Below the pieces are notes generated by a model. The model had not been told where the DNA came from and searched no databases. It worked only from the letters and a program-made list of their open reading frames with translations. DNA of 64,000 bases from a virus: positions 4,282 to 68,281 of IMG/VR virus record IMGVR_UViG_3300025108_000031; one strand, given 5' to 3'. Shown piece after piece: positions 1 to 10,508 of this stretch. The stretch's first letter is position 1. The number at the start of each line of letters is the position of its first letter. The position numbers and the translations under genes are program-made.

Positions 1-3000
1 TTAACGGCGCTATTGAAGTAGGTACTGATAGCACAACCGCTTATTCTTTACCCTCTGCCGACGGTACAGCAAACCAAATACTAAAAACAGACGGAAGAGG
101 TGCCGTTTCTTTTACTGATAATTACATGGACCTTGATGGCTCACAGGTGGTTTCAGGTCAAAAGCTTTTCTCTTCTAAGCCTTTATTTACTTCTGGGATT
201 CAGGTAAACGCTGGCGGAATAGACGTAACTGGATCTTCACAGCTTGGCTCTGCTACTTTTTCAGGAACCTTAAACGCTCAGCAATTAACATTTATTAATA
301 ACGGAACATCTATAATCGCCCCAACAACATCTGGGCCTTTACTTCCAGATGACCTTGAAATTAGGTCTAACGGCAACATACTTGTAAAGCTAGACACAGA
401 CAACAACGAGTCTGATCAGAAGTTTACTGTCGTTGACTACAATGATGCTGAGCGGTTTAGCGTACAAGAAGACGGCGCTGTAAGAATATCTGACGCTTAC
501 AACCTCCCCTCTTCTGACGGAACGGCTGGTCAATTCTTAAAGACGGACGGGTCTGGAAACATATCATTTGCTGCGGCTTCTTCCCTTGCTTTAGGTACAA
601 CATCTACCACCGCACTTGCTGGAGACACAACTACCATTAGCACAACTCAAGCTTCTGAGATTGCCGCCAACACACTTAAGGTTGGGATCACTACTCAACA
701 GGCGGCAAACATAGTAGCTAATAATGCGAAGGTCGGGATCACTACTCAACAGGCTTCAGATATAGTAGCTAATAACGCCAAGACAGATACTAATATCTCT
801 AATGCAGATTTAACATTAGATGACAATAGGACTGTGGACATGAGTAACAATGATTTTATCATTAATCCTAATGGCGGGCAATTTGAAATCAATGATTCGA
901 GCGGTTTACCAGACGCTGCTGAAATTCAAGTTAGTCAGGGAAATGTAGATATCGCTGGAACTCAAGTCTCTATTAACGGTATAGATTATCCAGCGGTTGA
1001 CGGATCTGCTGGTCAGTTCCTTAAGACAGATGGTAGCGGTAACTTATCTTTTAGTGATGTAGCTCAATCCATAGATGGTTTAACAGATGTAGACACCACT
1101 ACTACAACCCCATCAGACGGCCAGGCATTGGTGTGGAATGACACGAATAGCGAGTGGGAGCCAGGGAGTGTGGGCATTGATGGATTGGTTACTTCATTTG
1201 ATGGTGACGATATAAGGGCTTGGAGGCCTCGATTGGGTGAATTTGGGGTGGATGCATCAGCAGCTGATGACGGCAGCGTAAACCTAGCTTTAGGCGAAGG
1301 GCACCCAAGAGATCTTTACTTTAAGCCAGACGGAACTAAGTGCTATATAGTTGGTAACGGAGTTGATGACATCCACGAGGTTCCTCTTGCTACGGCTTGG
1401 GATCTTCAGAGTGCTGTAGTGGCTAATATTGTTGATGTTGACCTCGCTGGTTCGTCGTCTATTGGAGGTGGCGGACATGAAGGACAACTGTATGGCATTC
1501 ACATTGCTGATGACGCAAGCGACTCATCAACCTATGGGAAGAAATTCTTTATTATTGGTAGTCAGCGCGATGAAATTCAAGAGTACACAGCTACCGCCGC
1601 TTGGGACGCCTCGACTATATCAACAGCAGCAACTAATAGGCTGTATGTTGGTTCGCAAGATGGGAATCCCTCCGCCCTGAGATTTACTCCAGATGGTCAG
1701 ACTATTTACGTTTTAGACGGAGATAACGACGCAACCCCAAGGTGTAGGGTATGGGACTTAACTACCGCTTGGGATTTGAGTACGGCTACTTATAATTCAT
1801 CTAAAGACATAACATTTTCTACCGTCGATAGAAACGCAAGAGGTCTAGACTTTAATTCTGATGGGTCTGTGGTTTACATCACCACGACATCAAGTAACGT
1901 ACATCAGTATAGCCTTTCGACTGCGTATGACATCACCACGCTTTCTTATGTTAGGTCTATTTATACGGGTACACTTAGAGCTTTTATTCACCAACCCGCA
2001 AACAATCACGTCGACGAACTATATAAGACCTTAGAGGGTATTTATTTCGTTAAAAGCGAAACAGATCAATACGTTTTTCTTTTATACAACAACGGCGACG
2101 AGATAATCACGTTAGATAGAACTGGATTGATTCAGTCAAGTGACACTGTTTTTGATGGTTTGGTGACGGCTAATTCCCTTAATGTAAGTGGAACAAGTAT
2201 CATAGGAAGTGTAAAATTCGTCGGAGGAGTTGTGATGGGGGCGCCATATATCCAAGCCGCTATGAACTGGAATGGGTTTAACTCTGGGCCAATAAAAGGT
2301 GCAACTAGCAGCCATGATGCTTTAACCTGCGGCTCCTATGTAAAATCTATAGGGTTTACGGATAGCATCCAACAAAACCCAGACAGTCACGATTTAAACA
2401 ATACCGTGACTGGAACTTGGCTTCACAGGCCAGTCGATCCTCAATCTGCAGCTAACAACATCATGATTCCAGCCAGTTCTGGAACTATCAGACTAGACAC
2501 AGAAATTTACTACCTTAACAGGTTCAACTCTGAATCTGCCAGTAAAGTAACGGGGGCTACTGAGGATATAGAATACTACTATACAGCAAGAGCGGACGGG
2601 CAGGGATTACATAAAAAGCTTTTGGGATCGTTACCAGCTCCTGGTCAGACCCTGACTAGAACCAGTTACTATTCTGATAAAGCGTTTGCCGATCCAGACA
2701 CAGCGTCTGATTGGACTCAAGGGACTGTGTATTCGTCCACAGCTTTAGATTCTGCTATATCGCAGTCTAATGATGCCATTCTTAATGTTCAATCAACTGG
2801 CACGCCTCCCCTTTCAACTAAGATCGTTGTCGCTGGATATCTCGGCGCTTCAGGTCTTGTTGTAGGCGATTCAAACGGGTTTGGCGGAACCTCTGTTGCC
2901 TATAGTCTAAGACTTTTAAACAACTTTTACGGAGGTGCTGCCATTCGTGTGGTTAACGACAGCGATGTTGAGGCTGATATAGGCTTTAACTCTAGCCTTG

Positions 3001-3689
3001 AGTTAGACACTACAGCTCTTTTGAACCACTGCGGAAGTGGCGATGGATACCTTGTAAAGTGGTACGATCAGGCTAAGGGCGGTTCTACTGGCGATGGCAA
3101 TGACGCCACCTGGGAAAGCAGTACGTCGTACTCAAGCAGGAAGCCGCAGATTGTTTCTTCTGGTTCTGTTATCACAGATAATGGAAAGCCCTGCATCGAA
3201 ACTATTGACGCAGGAATGGTTATGGATGAGCAGTTTAGTGCCTCTAATGAGTACGACTTGTTCTTCGTTGCTCAAAAAACTCTAAATAATAATAATCACG
3301 GTATGATTTGGGGCACTCAAACTGGGAATGATTGCAGGGTGTGGCTGGTTGACTACAGGCTGTATTTAGAGGTTAACAACGGAGAGAATAATAAGGGCAA
3401 CTACGGTGACGGTGGGGCTAACACGAGTTTTTATGAAATGGGTCAGCTTATCCTTAACGTAAGGAGAGATGGGTCTGATGTAAACACAGCTCAAAGGAAT
3501 GACGTGGTTGGTGATCACAACTACACGCGAAACGGCGCCATGAAGACTGACAGAATCCTTAACGCCTGGAACAACAAGCAGTACTCTTTTGCTGGTAATG
3601 TACAGGAGATCATCATGCTTGACGGTGATAAGTCTTCTGAGCGTTCTGCTATCCAATCTAATCTCAACACATATTACAGCGTTTACTAA
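1..3689 (+). CDS. Tail fibre / receptor-binding protein, 5'-truncated
   Basis: Frame is open from base 3 (NGAIEVGTD...), so the ATG at 126 is internal. Repeated LPxxDGxAGQFLKTDGSGNLSF fibre motifs, beta-propeller-like TAWDLSTA repeats and a C-terminal lectin-like domain (AYSLRLL...WYDQ). Confidence 0.8.
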   Translation, partial: NGAIEVGTDSTTAYSLPSADGTANQILKTDGRGAVSFTDNYMDLDGSQVVSGQKLFSSKPLFTSGIQVNAGGIDVTGSSQLGSATFSGTLNAQQLTFINNGTSIIAPTTSGPLLPDDLEIRSNGNILVKLDTDNNESDQKFTVVDYNDAERFSVQEDGAVRISDAYNLPSSDGTAGQFLKTDGSGNISFAAASSLALGTTSTTALAGDTTTISTTQASEIAANTLKVGITTQQAANIVANNAKVGITTQQASDIVANNAKTDTNISNADLTLDDNRTVDMSNNDFIINPNGGQFEINDSSGLPDAAEIQVSQGNVDIAGTQVSINGIDYPAVDGSAGQFLKTDGSGNLSFSDVAQSIDGLTDVDTTTTTPSDGQALVWNDTNSEWEPGSVGIDGLVTSFDGDDIRAWRPRLGEFGVDASAADDGSVNLALGEGHPRDLYFKPDGTKCYIVGNGVDDIHEVPLATAWDLQSAVVANIVDVDLAGSSSIGGGGHEGQLYGIHIADDASDSSTYGKKFFIIGSQRDEIQEYTATAAWDASTISTAATNRLYVGSQDGNPSALRFTPDGQTIYVLDGDNDATPRCRVWDLTTAWDLSTATYNSSKDITFSTVDRNARGLDFNSDGSVVYITTTSSNVHQYSLSTAYDITTLSYVRSIYTGTLRAFIHQPANNHVDELYKTLEGIYFVKSETDQYVFLLYNNGDEIITLDRTGLIQSSDTVFDGLVTANSLNVSGTSIIGSVKFVGGVVMGAPYIQAAMNWNGFNSGPIKGATSSHDALTCGSYVKSIGFTDSIQQNPDSHDLNNTVTGTWLHRPVDPQSAANNIMIPASSGTIRLDTEIYYLNRFNSESASKVTGATEDIEYYYTARADGQGLHKKLLGSLPAPGQTLTRTSYYSDKAFADPDTASDWTQGTVYSSTALDSAISQSNDAILNVQSTGTPPLSTKIVVAGYLGASGLVVGDSNGFGGTSVAYSLRLLNNFYGGAAIRVVNDSDVEADIGFNSSLELDTTALLNHCGSGDGYLVKWYDQAKGGSTGDGNDATWESSTSYSSRKPQIVSSGSVITDNGKPCIETIDAGMVMDEQFSASNEYDLFFVAQKTLNNNNHGMIWGTQTGNDCRVWLVDYRLYLEVNNGENNKGNYGDGGANTSFYEMGQLILNVRRDGSDVNTAQRNDVVGDHNYTRNGAMKTDRILNAWNNKQYSFAGNVQEIIMLDGDKSSERSAIQSNLNTYYSVY
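678..783 (+). repeat. Tandem 51-bp coding repeat (KVGITTQQAxxIVANNA x2)
   Basis: Direct repeat aaggt(t/c)gggatcactactcaacaggc...atagtagctaataa. Confidence 0.85.
1086..1389 (+). repeat. Near-identical copy of 63697-64000, shared between two fibre genes
   Basis: 304 bp aligned by eye with about 8 mismatches; upstream contexts differ. Confidence 0.95.
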
Positions 3690-6600
3690 TGGCTATAAAT
3701 TTTGACAGCGACACCAATAAGGTGAATATTACCGTTCCAGCACCTACTACTGTAACTGTAACGGAGAAAGGAATAAAAGGAGATGCAGCTACGGTAACGG
3801 CTGGTACAGTAACTACTGTTGCTGAGGGTCAACCAGCAGTTGTGGTAAACTCAGGCACAACTAAGGATGCTGTATTTGATTTCTCTATCCCTACAGGACC
3901 TAAAGGGGCAACTGGAGATACAGGGGCTCAGGGCATCCAAGGAGATATCGGACCTGATGGTCCTCAAGGCATTCAAGGTCCGCAAGGCGAACAAGGAGAT
4001 ACAGGTCCTATAGGTGCTACAGGATCTCAAGGGTCTACTGGTGCTACAGGGGCTCAAGGACTTCAGGGGGAACCTGGAACCAATGGATCAGACGGGGCTG
4101 ATGGAGTTGGCATCCCTTCGGGGGGTACAACGGGTCAGTCTCTTGTGAAGGTTGATGGAACAGACTATAACACTCAGTGGAGTGAAATAGACACATCTCA
4201 GTGGACAACCGCAACGAACGACATATACTACAACACAGGTAACGTAGGTATCGGTACGGCTACACCTTCTGAGGTTTTGCACGTAAACGGAAATGTAAAA
4301 GTTGCAGGAAAGATAGCAACTCCAAACGCTATTGCGATAGGTTCGGGACATGTCGGAAACGTAGGCGGATCTTATTCTATACACATAGGTCATGATGCTG
4401 GTAAAAACGATTCAGGAGCGTATAATGTCCTTATGGGGTTTCAGGCTGGCGCCTTTCATAGCAAATCAGAGCGTATATCAATAGGGTATAGGGCAAAAGC
4501 AGGAAACTATTCCGTAGCTCTTGGCAGTGATTCGTCTAACGGAAGCAGTACCGACTACTCTGTTTTAGTTGGTAACAAAACCGCTCAATATACTACAGGA
4601 GCCAAAAACGTAGCGGTCGGCTATGAGGCCGCAAAGGGCGTTTCAGGTACCTCAACCTTCGCCAGCACAGTAGCCGTCGGCTACCAAGCCTTAACTGCGC
4701 TGACTACTGGGGCTGGAAATACAGCTGTTGGGTATCAGGCGGGGGACGCTTTAACTACACAAGGTCAAAACACGCTCGTTGGATATCAAAGCACTGCCAC
4801 CGCAAACCAAGGCACAGCGATTGGATATGATACATCGGTAGCCTTATCTGGTATCGCTATCGGACGGGGCGCAGAGACAACAGGTTCAAACGCTGTTGCA
4901 ATTGGTGTTGTTGCGCGAGCTGGTTATGAAGCAGTGGCAGTTGGTCACGGTGCAAATGGAAATGGGGCGCTGAGAAACGTCGCTTTAGGTTACTATGCGG
5001 CTGGGGCTACATCAGGCACTTACAACCACGCTATTGGGTATCGCACAATTCGATATACAAGCGGTAATAACAATTCAGCGGTAGGAGCATTTGCCCTTGA
5101 GGGTACCTCAGGCTCCTCTACCTTCTCCAATACAGTAGCTGTCGGATATCAAGCCTTAACTTCGCTGACTACTGGGGCTGGCAATACAGCTGTTGGGTAT
5201 TTATCTGGATCTTCTTTAACTACTGGAGGTTACAATGTGCTCATAGGTCAATCCGCTGGAGACAGCATAACTAATGGGACAAACAATGTTGCGCTTGGCG
5301 TTAATGCGCTTGGAACGGGTAACCACGGGAATAGCATAGCCATTGGTCGTGATGCAATTGGTAGCGCTGCGTCTTCTAATAGCATCGGCATTGGAACAAG
5401 CGCTGGTAGATATTCAACGGGGGGAACTAATACTTTAATTGGGGTTAATTCTGGAATGGGCGTTTATGGATCGTCAGTCTTTAATAGCGCAGTAGCAGTT
5501 GGTAACCTAACATTAGCATCATTAACTACAGGATTTGCTAATGTAGCGATTGGGTATCAAGCTGGGACTGCTTTGACTACAGGAAATCATAACACAGCGA
5601 TTGGGCATCAAGCAGGTATATCCTTAACAACCTCATCCAAAAATACAGTTATTGGCTTCGAAGCGGGTAGCTCTCATTCAAGTCACTCAACCTCCGTAAC
5701 AGCAATAGGTTATCAAGCAGGAAAATCAACAACATCAGGTGGGGTTTTTATAGGTAGTCAAGCAGGTATAAATGTTAATAACTCAGGAAATGTTTTAATT
5801 GGTGATGGTTCTGGAAGTAGTATTACTAGTGGTAATGGTAATGTAGGAATTGGGAGTAGTGCATTAAAAAGTGCTTCAATTCAAAATGTTGGGGTGGGTT
5901 CTGAAACAGGAAGGTATGGGGCTGGGAGTAACTCAGTTTTAATAGGTTACCAAGCTGGAAGAGGAAGCTCAGGAAACCCAGTAAGCCAGACTACTCTGTT
6001 AGGATATAAGGCAAATTATTTAGGTAATGGTAGTAATGACGTTATGGTTGGGAGAAATGCTGGTGTTTCACTAACATCTTCTAATGGGAATATTTTAATA
6101 GGGGATAATGTAGCATCAACAGAGACATCTTTAAATAACAAACTCTATATAGAAAACAGCAATTCAGTTACTCCGCTTATCTACGGGGAGTTCGATAATG
6201 ACATCGTAAGAATAAATGGCACGCTACAAGTAGGTGATCCAGCAGGGACAGGGTACGCCTTACCTGCGGCTACAGGAACTACAGGTCAGATACTTTCTGT
6301 AAACGCTAGCGGAGACCTTGCTTTTGCAGCGGCAGGAGGAGGAGGATCCAACACCAACTTAGCCAATACCAACCTTACACAGAGCGGCAATAGAAATTTT
6401 GACCACGATGGCAGCACGCTAACGTTTGACTTGAACGATGGCGGCATATTTAAGGTTACAGACAATAGCGACCCTGGTTTCGGGGTTAACCTTGAATGCC
6501 ACAGCGGAACCACGTTTATTCACGACTTACAATATCCTACATCTGACGGTACTTCGGGTCAAGCGCTAACGACCAATGGATCAGGAGTTCTGTCATTCAC

Positions 6601-6988
6601 TACGGTAAGCGGTGGGGGCGGGTCTGGAGGCATTGGAACTGCCGATCAAACTCTTGATGCTGATAGAACTATAGACACCAACGGATACAACCTTGATATT
6701 GAGCTTGATCCTACGGGTACGGCTGACACCTTCACTATCCACGACGGAACACATGATCTCTTCCAGGTAGATACTAGCACGAGCGGTACGCTGTTTGGTG
6801 TTAATGATGTTTCTGGTCTCCCTATGTTCCAGAGCAACTCTGACGGAACTATGGCTTTGCCTCAGATCCTCACAGCTGCACCAACAGGAACTGCAACTGA
6901 GGGTACTATGCAGTTAGGTATCGTGTCTGGTACGTGTTACCTTTACGTGTACATCAACGGTGGATGGAAGAGCACCACTTTAACTTAA
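3689..6988 (+). CDS. Tail fibre with collagen-like segment and YadA-head-like beta-roll repeats
   Basis: Gly-X-Y run (GPKGATGDTGAQGIQG...), many NxAVGYQA repeats, GNVGIGT motif. Confidence 0.8.
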   Translation: MAINFDSDTNKVNITVPAPTTVTVTEKGIKGDAATVTAGTVTTVAEGQPAVVVNSGTTKDAVFDFSIPTGPKGATGDTGAQGIQGDIGPDGPQGIQGPQGEQGDTGPIGATGSQGSTGATGAQGLQGEPGTNGSDGADGVGIPSGGTTGQSLVKVDGTDYNTQWSEIDTSQWTTATNDIYYNTGNVGIGTATPSEVLHVNGNVKVAGKIATPNAIAIGSGHVGNVGGSYSIHIGHDAGKNDSGAYNVLMGFQAGAFHSKSERISIGYRAKAGNYSVALGSDSSNGSSTDYSVLVGNKTAQYTTGAKNVAVGYEAAKGVSGTSTFASTVAVGYQALTALTTGAGNTAVGYQAGDALTTQGQNTLVGYQSTATANQGTAIGYDTSVALSGIAIGRGAETTGSNAVAIGVVARAGYEAVAVGHGANGNGALRNVALGYYAAGATSGTYNHAIGYRTIRYTSGNNNSAVGAFALEGTSGSSTFSNTVAVGYQALTSLTTGAGNTAVGYLSGSSLTTGGYNVLIGQSAGDSITNGTNNVALGVNALGTGNHGNSIAIGRDAIGSAASSNSIGIGTSAGRYSTGGTNTLIGVNSGMGVYGSSVFNSAVAVGNLTLASLTTGFANVAIGYQAGTALTTGNHNTAIGHQAGISLTTSSKNTVIGFEAGSSHSSHSTSVTAIGYQAGKSTTSGGVFIGSQAGINVNNSGNVLIGDGSGSSITSGNGNVGIGSSALKSASIQNVGVGSETGRYGAGSNSVLIGYQAGRGSSGNPVSQTTLLGYKANYLGNGSNDVMVGRNAGVSLTSSNGNILIGDNVASTETSLNNKLYIENSNSVTPLIYGEFDNDIVRINGTLQVGDPAGTGYALPAATGTTGQILSVNASGDLAFAAAGGGGSNTNLANTNLTQSGNRNFDHDGSTLTFDLNDGGIFKVTDNSDPGFGVNLECHSGTTFIHDLQYPTSDGTSGQALTTNGSGVLSFTTVSGGGGSGGIGTADQTLDADRTIDTNGYNLDIELDPTGTADTFTIHDGTHDLFQVDTSTSGTLFGVNDVSGLPMFQSNSDGTMALPQILTAAPTGTATEGTMQLGIVSGTCYLYVYINGGWKSTTLT

Positions 6989-6992
6989 TATC

Positions 6993-7250
6993 ATGCATTT
7001 CGATAACAGACACTACGTAGTCTTTGACCTCTCAGAGGTAGACACGATCGACTTCTCAGAAGTCATGGAGACATCAGCAGATACGCTGAGAAAGAACTTA
7101 GCAGGGACTCAGAGCTTTGTGAAGTATGAAAGTGACATGCCCGCTTCGGTAACAGCTTTGACGACGCGCAGTCAGGAGTACACTCATGAAGATATTCTTA
7201 CGCTGCTGGCTGGGACTGATTGGACTGACCCTAACGCAGACATCATCTAA
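6993..7250 (+). CDS. Small fibre-associated hypothetical protein
   Basis: 85 aa ORF tightly packed between the fibre and lectin genes. Confidence 0.65.
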   Translation: MHFDNRHYVVFDLSEVDTIDFSEVMETSADTLRKNLAGTQSFVKYESDMPASVTALTTRSQEYTHEDILTLLAGTDWTDPNADII

Positions 7251-7919
7251 ATGGGTGGGTTTGCAAATAACGCACCTATCGTAACCGATGGGTTGGTGTT
7301 CTACGTTGATGCGGGGAATGATAACTCGTATCCTGGGAGCGGGACTACGTGGACTGATTTAGCAGGTAGTAATAATGGAACATTAACAAATGGACCCACA
7401 TTTGATTCTGGGAATGGTGGAAGTATTGTATTTGATGGGAGTGATGATTCTGTACCTATAGATGTTAGTAATATATTCCCCACAGGTAATCAATCCCATA
7501 ACTTATCTATTAACTGTTGGGTTAAATTACCAAATACCACACAAAACGTAATATTTTTTGGCTCTAGATATGGAGATAGGGTTTATTTAATGATGAAGTC
7601 TGGAAAATGGACTATAGGATGGGGAGGAGGAAATCAACTAGGTGTTATTGATGCTACTACAAACTGGACAAATGTATGTGCCTCTATTGCTAATGGAGTT
7701 GCAACACTTTATGTTGATGGAGTAAGCGACGCTACAAAAACAGACACTTCATTATCAATTCCCTCAATTCTTCCTATTGGTGCTTATTATTATAATGGAG
7801 TATGGAACCCTGGTCAATCTTACCCAAATTCAATATCTAATGTGAGTTTTTATAACCGCACCCTCTCTGCCTCTGAAATCACCCAAAACTACAATGCTTT
7901 AAAAAACCGTTTCGTATGA
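7251..7919 (+). CDS. LamG/concanavalin A-like lectin protein, paralog 1
   Basis: IVTDGLVFYVDA..SYPGSGTTWTDL N-terminus; YNRxLSxxEIxQNYNA C-terminus. Confidence 0.8.
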   Translation: MGGFANNAPIVTDGLVFYVDAGNDNSYPGSGTTWTDLAGSNNGTLTNGPTFDSGNGGSIVFDGSDDSVPIDVSNIFPTGNQSHNLSINCWVKLPNTTQNVIFFGSRYGDRVYLMMKSGKWTIGWGGGNQLGVIDATTNWTNVCASIANGVATLYVDGVSDATKTDTSLSIPSILPIGAYYYNGVWNPGQSYPNSISNVSFYNRTLSASEITQNYNALKNRFV

Positions 7920-8578
7920 GCGTGAAGAGTAACATAGGGGTAGTAACCGATGGACTTGTATTTGCGGTAGATGCTGCTAATTATGAGTCGTATCCTGGCA
8001 GTGGTACTACTTGGACCGATTTAGCAGGTAATAATAATGGTACCTTAAAAAATGGACCTACATTTGATTCGGGAAATGGTGGCAGTATTGTATTTGATGG
8101 GACGAATGACAGAGTTAATCTATCTACATCTACCAGCCTCCCAGGAGATTTTACAGCACTCGCTATTACCAAAATTCCTTCATTAACTCCTAGTTCAAAT
8201 TGGGCTATGTTTTTTGGGGCTGCCGATACTGATAACTTTATAGCTGTTACAAATGATTTTGCTACTTTAAGAGTCCAAAGCAATAATAGCACGAATAGTG
8301 ATTTAAATTCTATATCATATCCTTCTAATGAAATAGTTATGTTACAAGTTACTCAAGAAGGGAATAGTAATTATTGGTGGATTAATAACACATATTTAGG
8401 CACTTCATCCAATGGTAGTTATGATGGTATGGAAATTACGCGTTTAGTTTCTTACGCAGATGGGAATAACTTAGGAATGTGGGCTGGTAATTATTATTAT
8501 GCCTCTTTATATAATAGAGCACTCACCTCATCAGAAATCCTCCAAAACTACAACGCCCTAAAAAACAGATTCGTATGA
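7916..8578 (+). CDS. LamG/concanavalin A-like lectin protein, paralog 2
   Basis: Same terminal motifs; ATGA overlap with the previous gene. Confidence 0.8.
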   Translation: MSVKSNIGVVTDGLVFAVDAANYESYPGSGTTWTDLAGNNNGTLKNGPTFDSGNGGSIVFDGTNDRVNLSTSTSLPGDFTALAITKIPSLTPSSNWAMFFGAADTDNFIAVTNDFATLRVQSNNSTNSDLNSISYPSNEIVMLQVTQEGNSNYWWINNTYLGTSSNGSYDGMEITRLVSYADGNNLGMWAGNYYYASLYNRALTSSEILQNYNALKNRFV

Positions 8579-9261
8579 GTTACAGTTTCGGTAAAAGTAT
8601 AGTGACGGATGGGTTGGTGTTCTACGTGGATGCAGCTAATGGTAATAGCTATTCAGGGTCAGGAACCACATGGTCCGACTTAGTGGGTAACACTGATGGT
8701 ACTCTAAAAAACACACCTACGTTCGATTCTGGCGATGGGGGTAGTTTTTACTTTAATGGGTCTAATGAATATACGGATATAAAATCCCTTGTCATACCTG
8801 CTAACATTACAGTTTCTGCATGGATTAACCCAAGTGCAACCACTTCGGCTGGCCAAATATTAACAAGCGATGACTCGGCAGTATCTATTAGAAACTGGCA
8901 GTTTTTGATGGAGGCAGATAACAAAATAAGGGCCATTGGTTTCCATACATCTGGAAACCAAAATCTTCAGTTTGTAACTACAGATACTATCCCAGATGAT
9001 ACTTGGACGATGGTTTCTTTTACATCGGATGGAACCAATATAAAGATCCAATTCAATGGGGTTGAAAAAGCCACAGGTAGCTTCCCCTATAGCTTACTAG
9101 GTAATGGGTCTACTGGTGATGCACTTATAGGCGCTAGAAAGAGCTCTAGTTTAGCTGCTTTTTTTAATGGTAAAATAGCGGTCGTACAGGTATATGACAG
9201 GGCTCTTTCCTCTACAGAGATACTTCAAAACTACAACGCACTAAAGAATCGATTTATTTAA
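8575..9261 (+). CDS. LamG/concanavalin A-like lectin protein, paralog 3
   Basis: Same terminal motifs; TVSAWINP LamG signature. Confidence 0.8.
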   Translation: MSYSFGKSIVTDGLVFYVDAANGNSYSGSGTTWSDLVGNTDGTLKNTPTFDSGDGGSFYFNGSNEYTDIKSLVIPANITVSAWINPSATTSAGQILTSDDSAVSIRNWQFLMEADNKIRAIGFHTSGNQNLQFVTTDTIPDDTWTMVSFTSDGTNIKIQFNGVEKATGSFPYSLLGNGSTGDALIGARKSSSLAAFFNGKIAVVQVYDRALSSTEILQNYNALKNRFI

Positions 9262-9262
9262 T

Positions 9263-9270
9263 TATATTTG
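9263..9270 (+). promoter_or_regulatory. Bacteroidota -7 promoter element TATATTTG
   Basis: Matches TAnnTTTG, intergenic, upstream of the ATG at 9289. Confidence 0.7.
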
Positions 9271-9288
9271 CACTTATAAAACAACATT

Positions 9289-9561
9289 ATGGCATTTACA
9301 TTTCAATCGAAATCCTGGTCTATCGCAGGTGAGAAAGAGTTCGAGAATCACTTTACTATTCTAAACCCAACCCTATCTGTTATGCAGGTAAGCGTTCATG
9401 AAGAGAACGTATACATTAGCATGAAAGCAGTAGAGAACGGGGGCGTATTCGAACACAACCTTAATGTTCAGTACAATAACTCTGCTGGAGAAACAGATTT
9501 AGACGTGATCGTAGATTCAGCTGTATCTCAGGCATTTCCTGAAGCTACACTGAACAGCTGA
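9289..9561 (+). CDS. Hypothetical protein
   Basis: 90 aa ORF between a promoter and a terminator. Confidence 0.7.
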   Translation: MAFTFQSKSWSIAGEKEFENHFTILNPTLSVMQVSVHEENVYISMKAVENGGVFEHNLNVQYNNSAGETDLDVIVDSAVSQAFPEATLNS

Positions 9562-9584
9562 TAATCAGAAGCTTACAATACAAT

Positions 9585-9610
9585 GAAGGCCCCTAGTGGG
9601 TCTTTTTTGT
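9585..9610 (+). terminator. Intrinsic terminator
   Basis: aaggccc-ctagt-gggtctt hairpin followed by a T run. Confidence 0.7.
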
Positions 9611-9616
9611 TTTTAT

Positions 9617-9624
9617 TATATTTG
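9617..9624 (+). promoter_or_regulatory. -7 element TATATTTG, probably leaderless
   Basis: ATG 5 nt downstream at 9629. Confidence 0.7.
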
Positions 9625-9628
9625 CGGT

Positions 9629-9922
9629 ATGCGCTGTTGCAAAAAATACAAAAAGGGAGGCAATGTAAGCCTCAAGATGGGCAAGCATAAGTCTCGTTCT
9701 GGCGGACTTACTGCCGCTGGTGTAAAGAAGTATAACGCAGAAACAGGTAGCAACCTGAAGACTGCCGTTACTACACCCCCATCTAAGCTCAAGAAAGGAA
9801 GTAAGGCAGCGAAAAGAAGAAAGTCTTTTTGTGCTAGGATGTCTGGCGTGAAAGGACCTATGAAGAAGCCTAATGGTAAACCAACCAGGAAGGCTCTTGC
9901 GTTACGGAAGTGGAACTGTTGA
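9629..9922 (+). CDS. Small basic phage protein (KRRKSFCARM family, DUF6321-like)
   Basis: Start moved to the ATG at 9629; GGLTxxG and RRKSFCARM...LRKWNC motifs. Confidence 0.7.
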   Translation: MRCCKKYKKGGNVSLKMGKHKSRSGGLTAAGVKKYNAETGSNLKTAVTTPPSKLKKGSKAAKRRKSFCARMSGVKGPMKKPNGKPTRKALALRKWNC

Positions 9923-9935
9923 TTAAGAAGTTGAG

Positions 9936-10145
9936 ATGCCAGAAAATATTTCTCATTTTGAATTCCTGCTCGTTGCAGGATCTTTAGTAGGTGGTTGGGT
10001 GAAGTTTCACTCTGACTATAGTAAGCTGTCGGCAAGGGTTTCCGCACTAGAAGCGGATAGCGGTGAGTTCCGAGAAGATGTAAAACAGCTTCTAAAAGAC
10101 ATCCAGGAGATCAAGCTCTTGCTTGCAAAGAATCAAATGCAATGA
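9936..10145 (+). CDS. Small membrane/coiled-coil protein
   Basis: N-terminal hydrophobic stretch followed by a heptad pattern. Confidence 0.6.
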   Translation: MPENISHFEFLLVAGSLVGGWVKFHSDYSKLSARVSALEADSGEFREDVKQLLKDIQEIKLLLAKNQMQ

Positions 10146-10330
10146 ATGCAGTCAAGTACAACAAAGGAGGTAAGTTAAAGGTAAGCTCAGCTACTAAGTC
10201 TGTTCCTGCTCCTGATGGTTTTCACTGGATGCTAGATCGAGGTAGGTATTTTCTAATGAAGGGGGATTACAAACCTCATCCTGGGGCCGTAAAGGAAGCT
10301 AAATTTAAATTAGCAAGCCATGAGAGTTAA
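10142..10330 (+). CDS. Small basic hypothetical protein
   Basis: Coupled ORF with a KYNKGG motif. Confidence 0.6.
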   Translation: MNAVKYNKGGKLKVSSATKSVPAPDGFHWMLDRGRYFLMKGDYKPHPGAVKEAKFKLASHES

Positions 10331-10508
10331 GAAGGGATGCGGTTGCGGTTGTGAAAGTTACAAGAAGGGCGGTACCGTCAAGGATGCCTGTTATAGAAAG
10401 GTAAAATCTAGATACAAAGTTTGGCCGTCCGCTTACGCTTCTGGGGCTTTAGCTAAGTGTAGAAAGGTGGGATCTAATAACTGGGGTAATGGCGGTAAGA
10501 AAAACTAA
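10320..10508 (+). CDS. Small basic phage protein (WPSAYASG family)
   Basis: DACYxKVKxRYKVWPSAYASGAL motif recalled from marine phages. Confidence 0.65.
   Translation: MRVKKGCGCGCESYKKGGTVKDACYRKVKSRYKVWPSAYASGALAKCRKVGSNNWGNGGKKN

Noticed and set aside
1086-1389. DGR template/variable repeat pair
   Set aside because: Mismatches are not adenine-specific (T/C, T/G, G/T occur), both copies are coding, and no reverse transcriptase is seen
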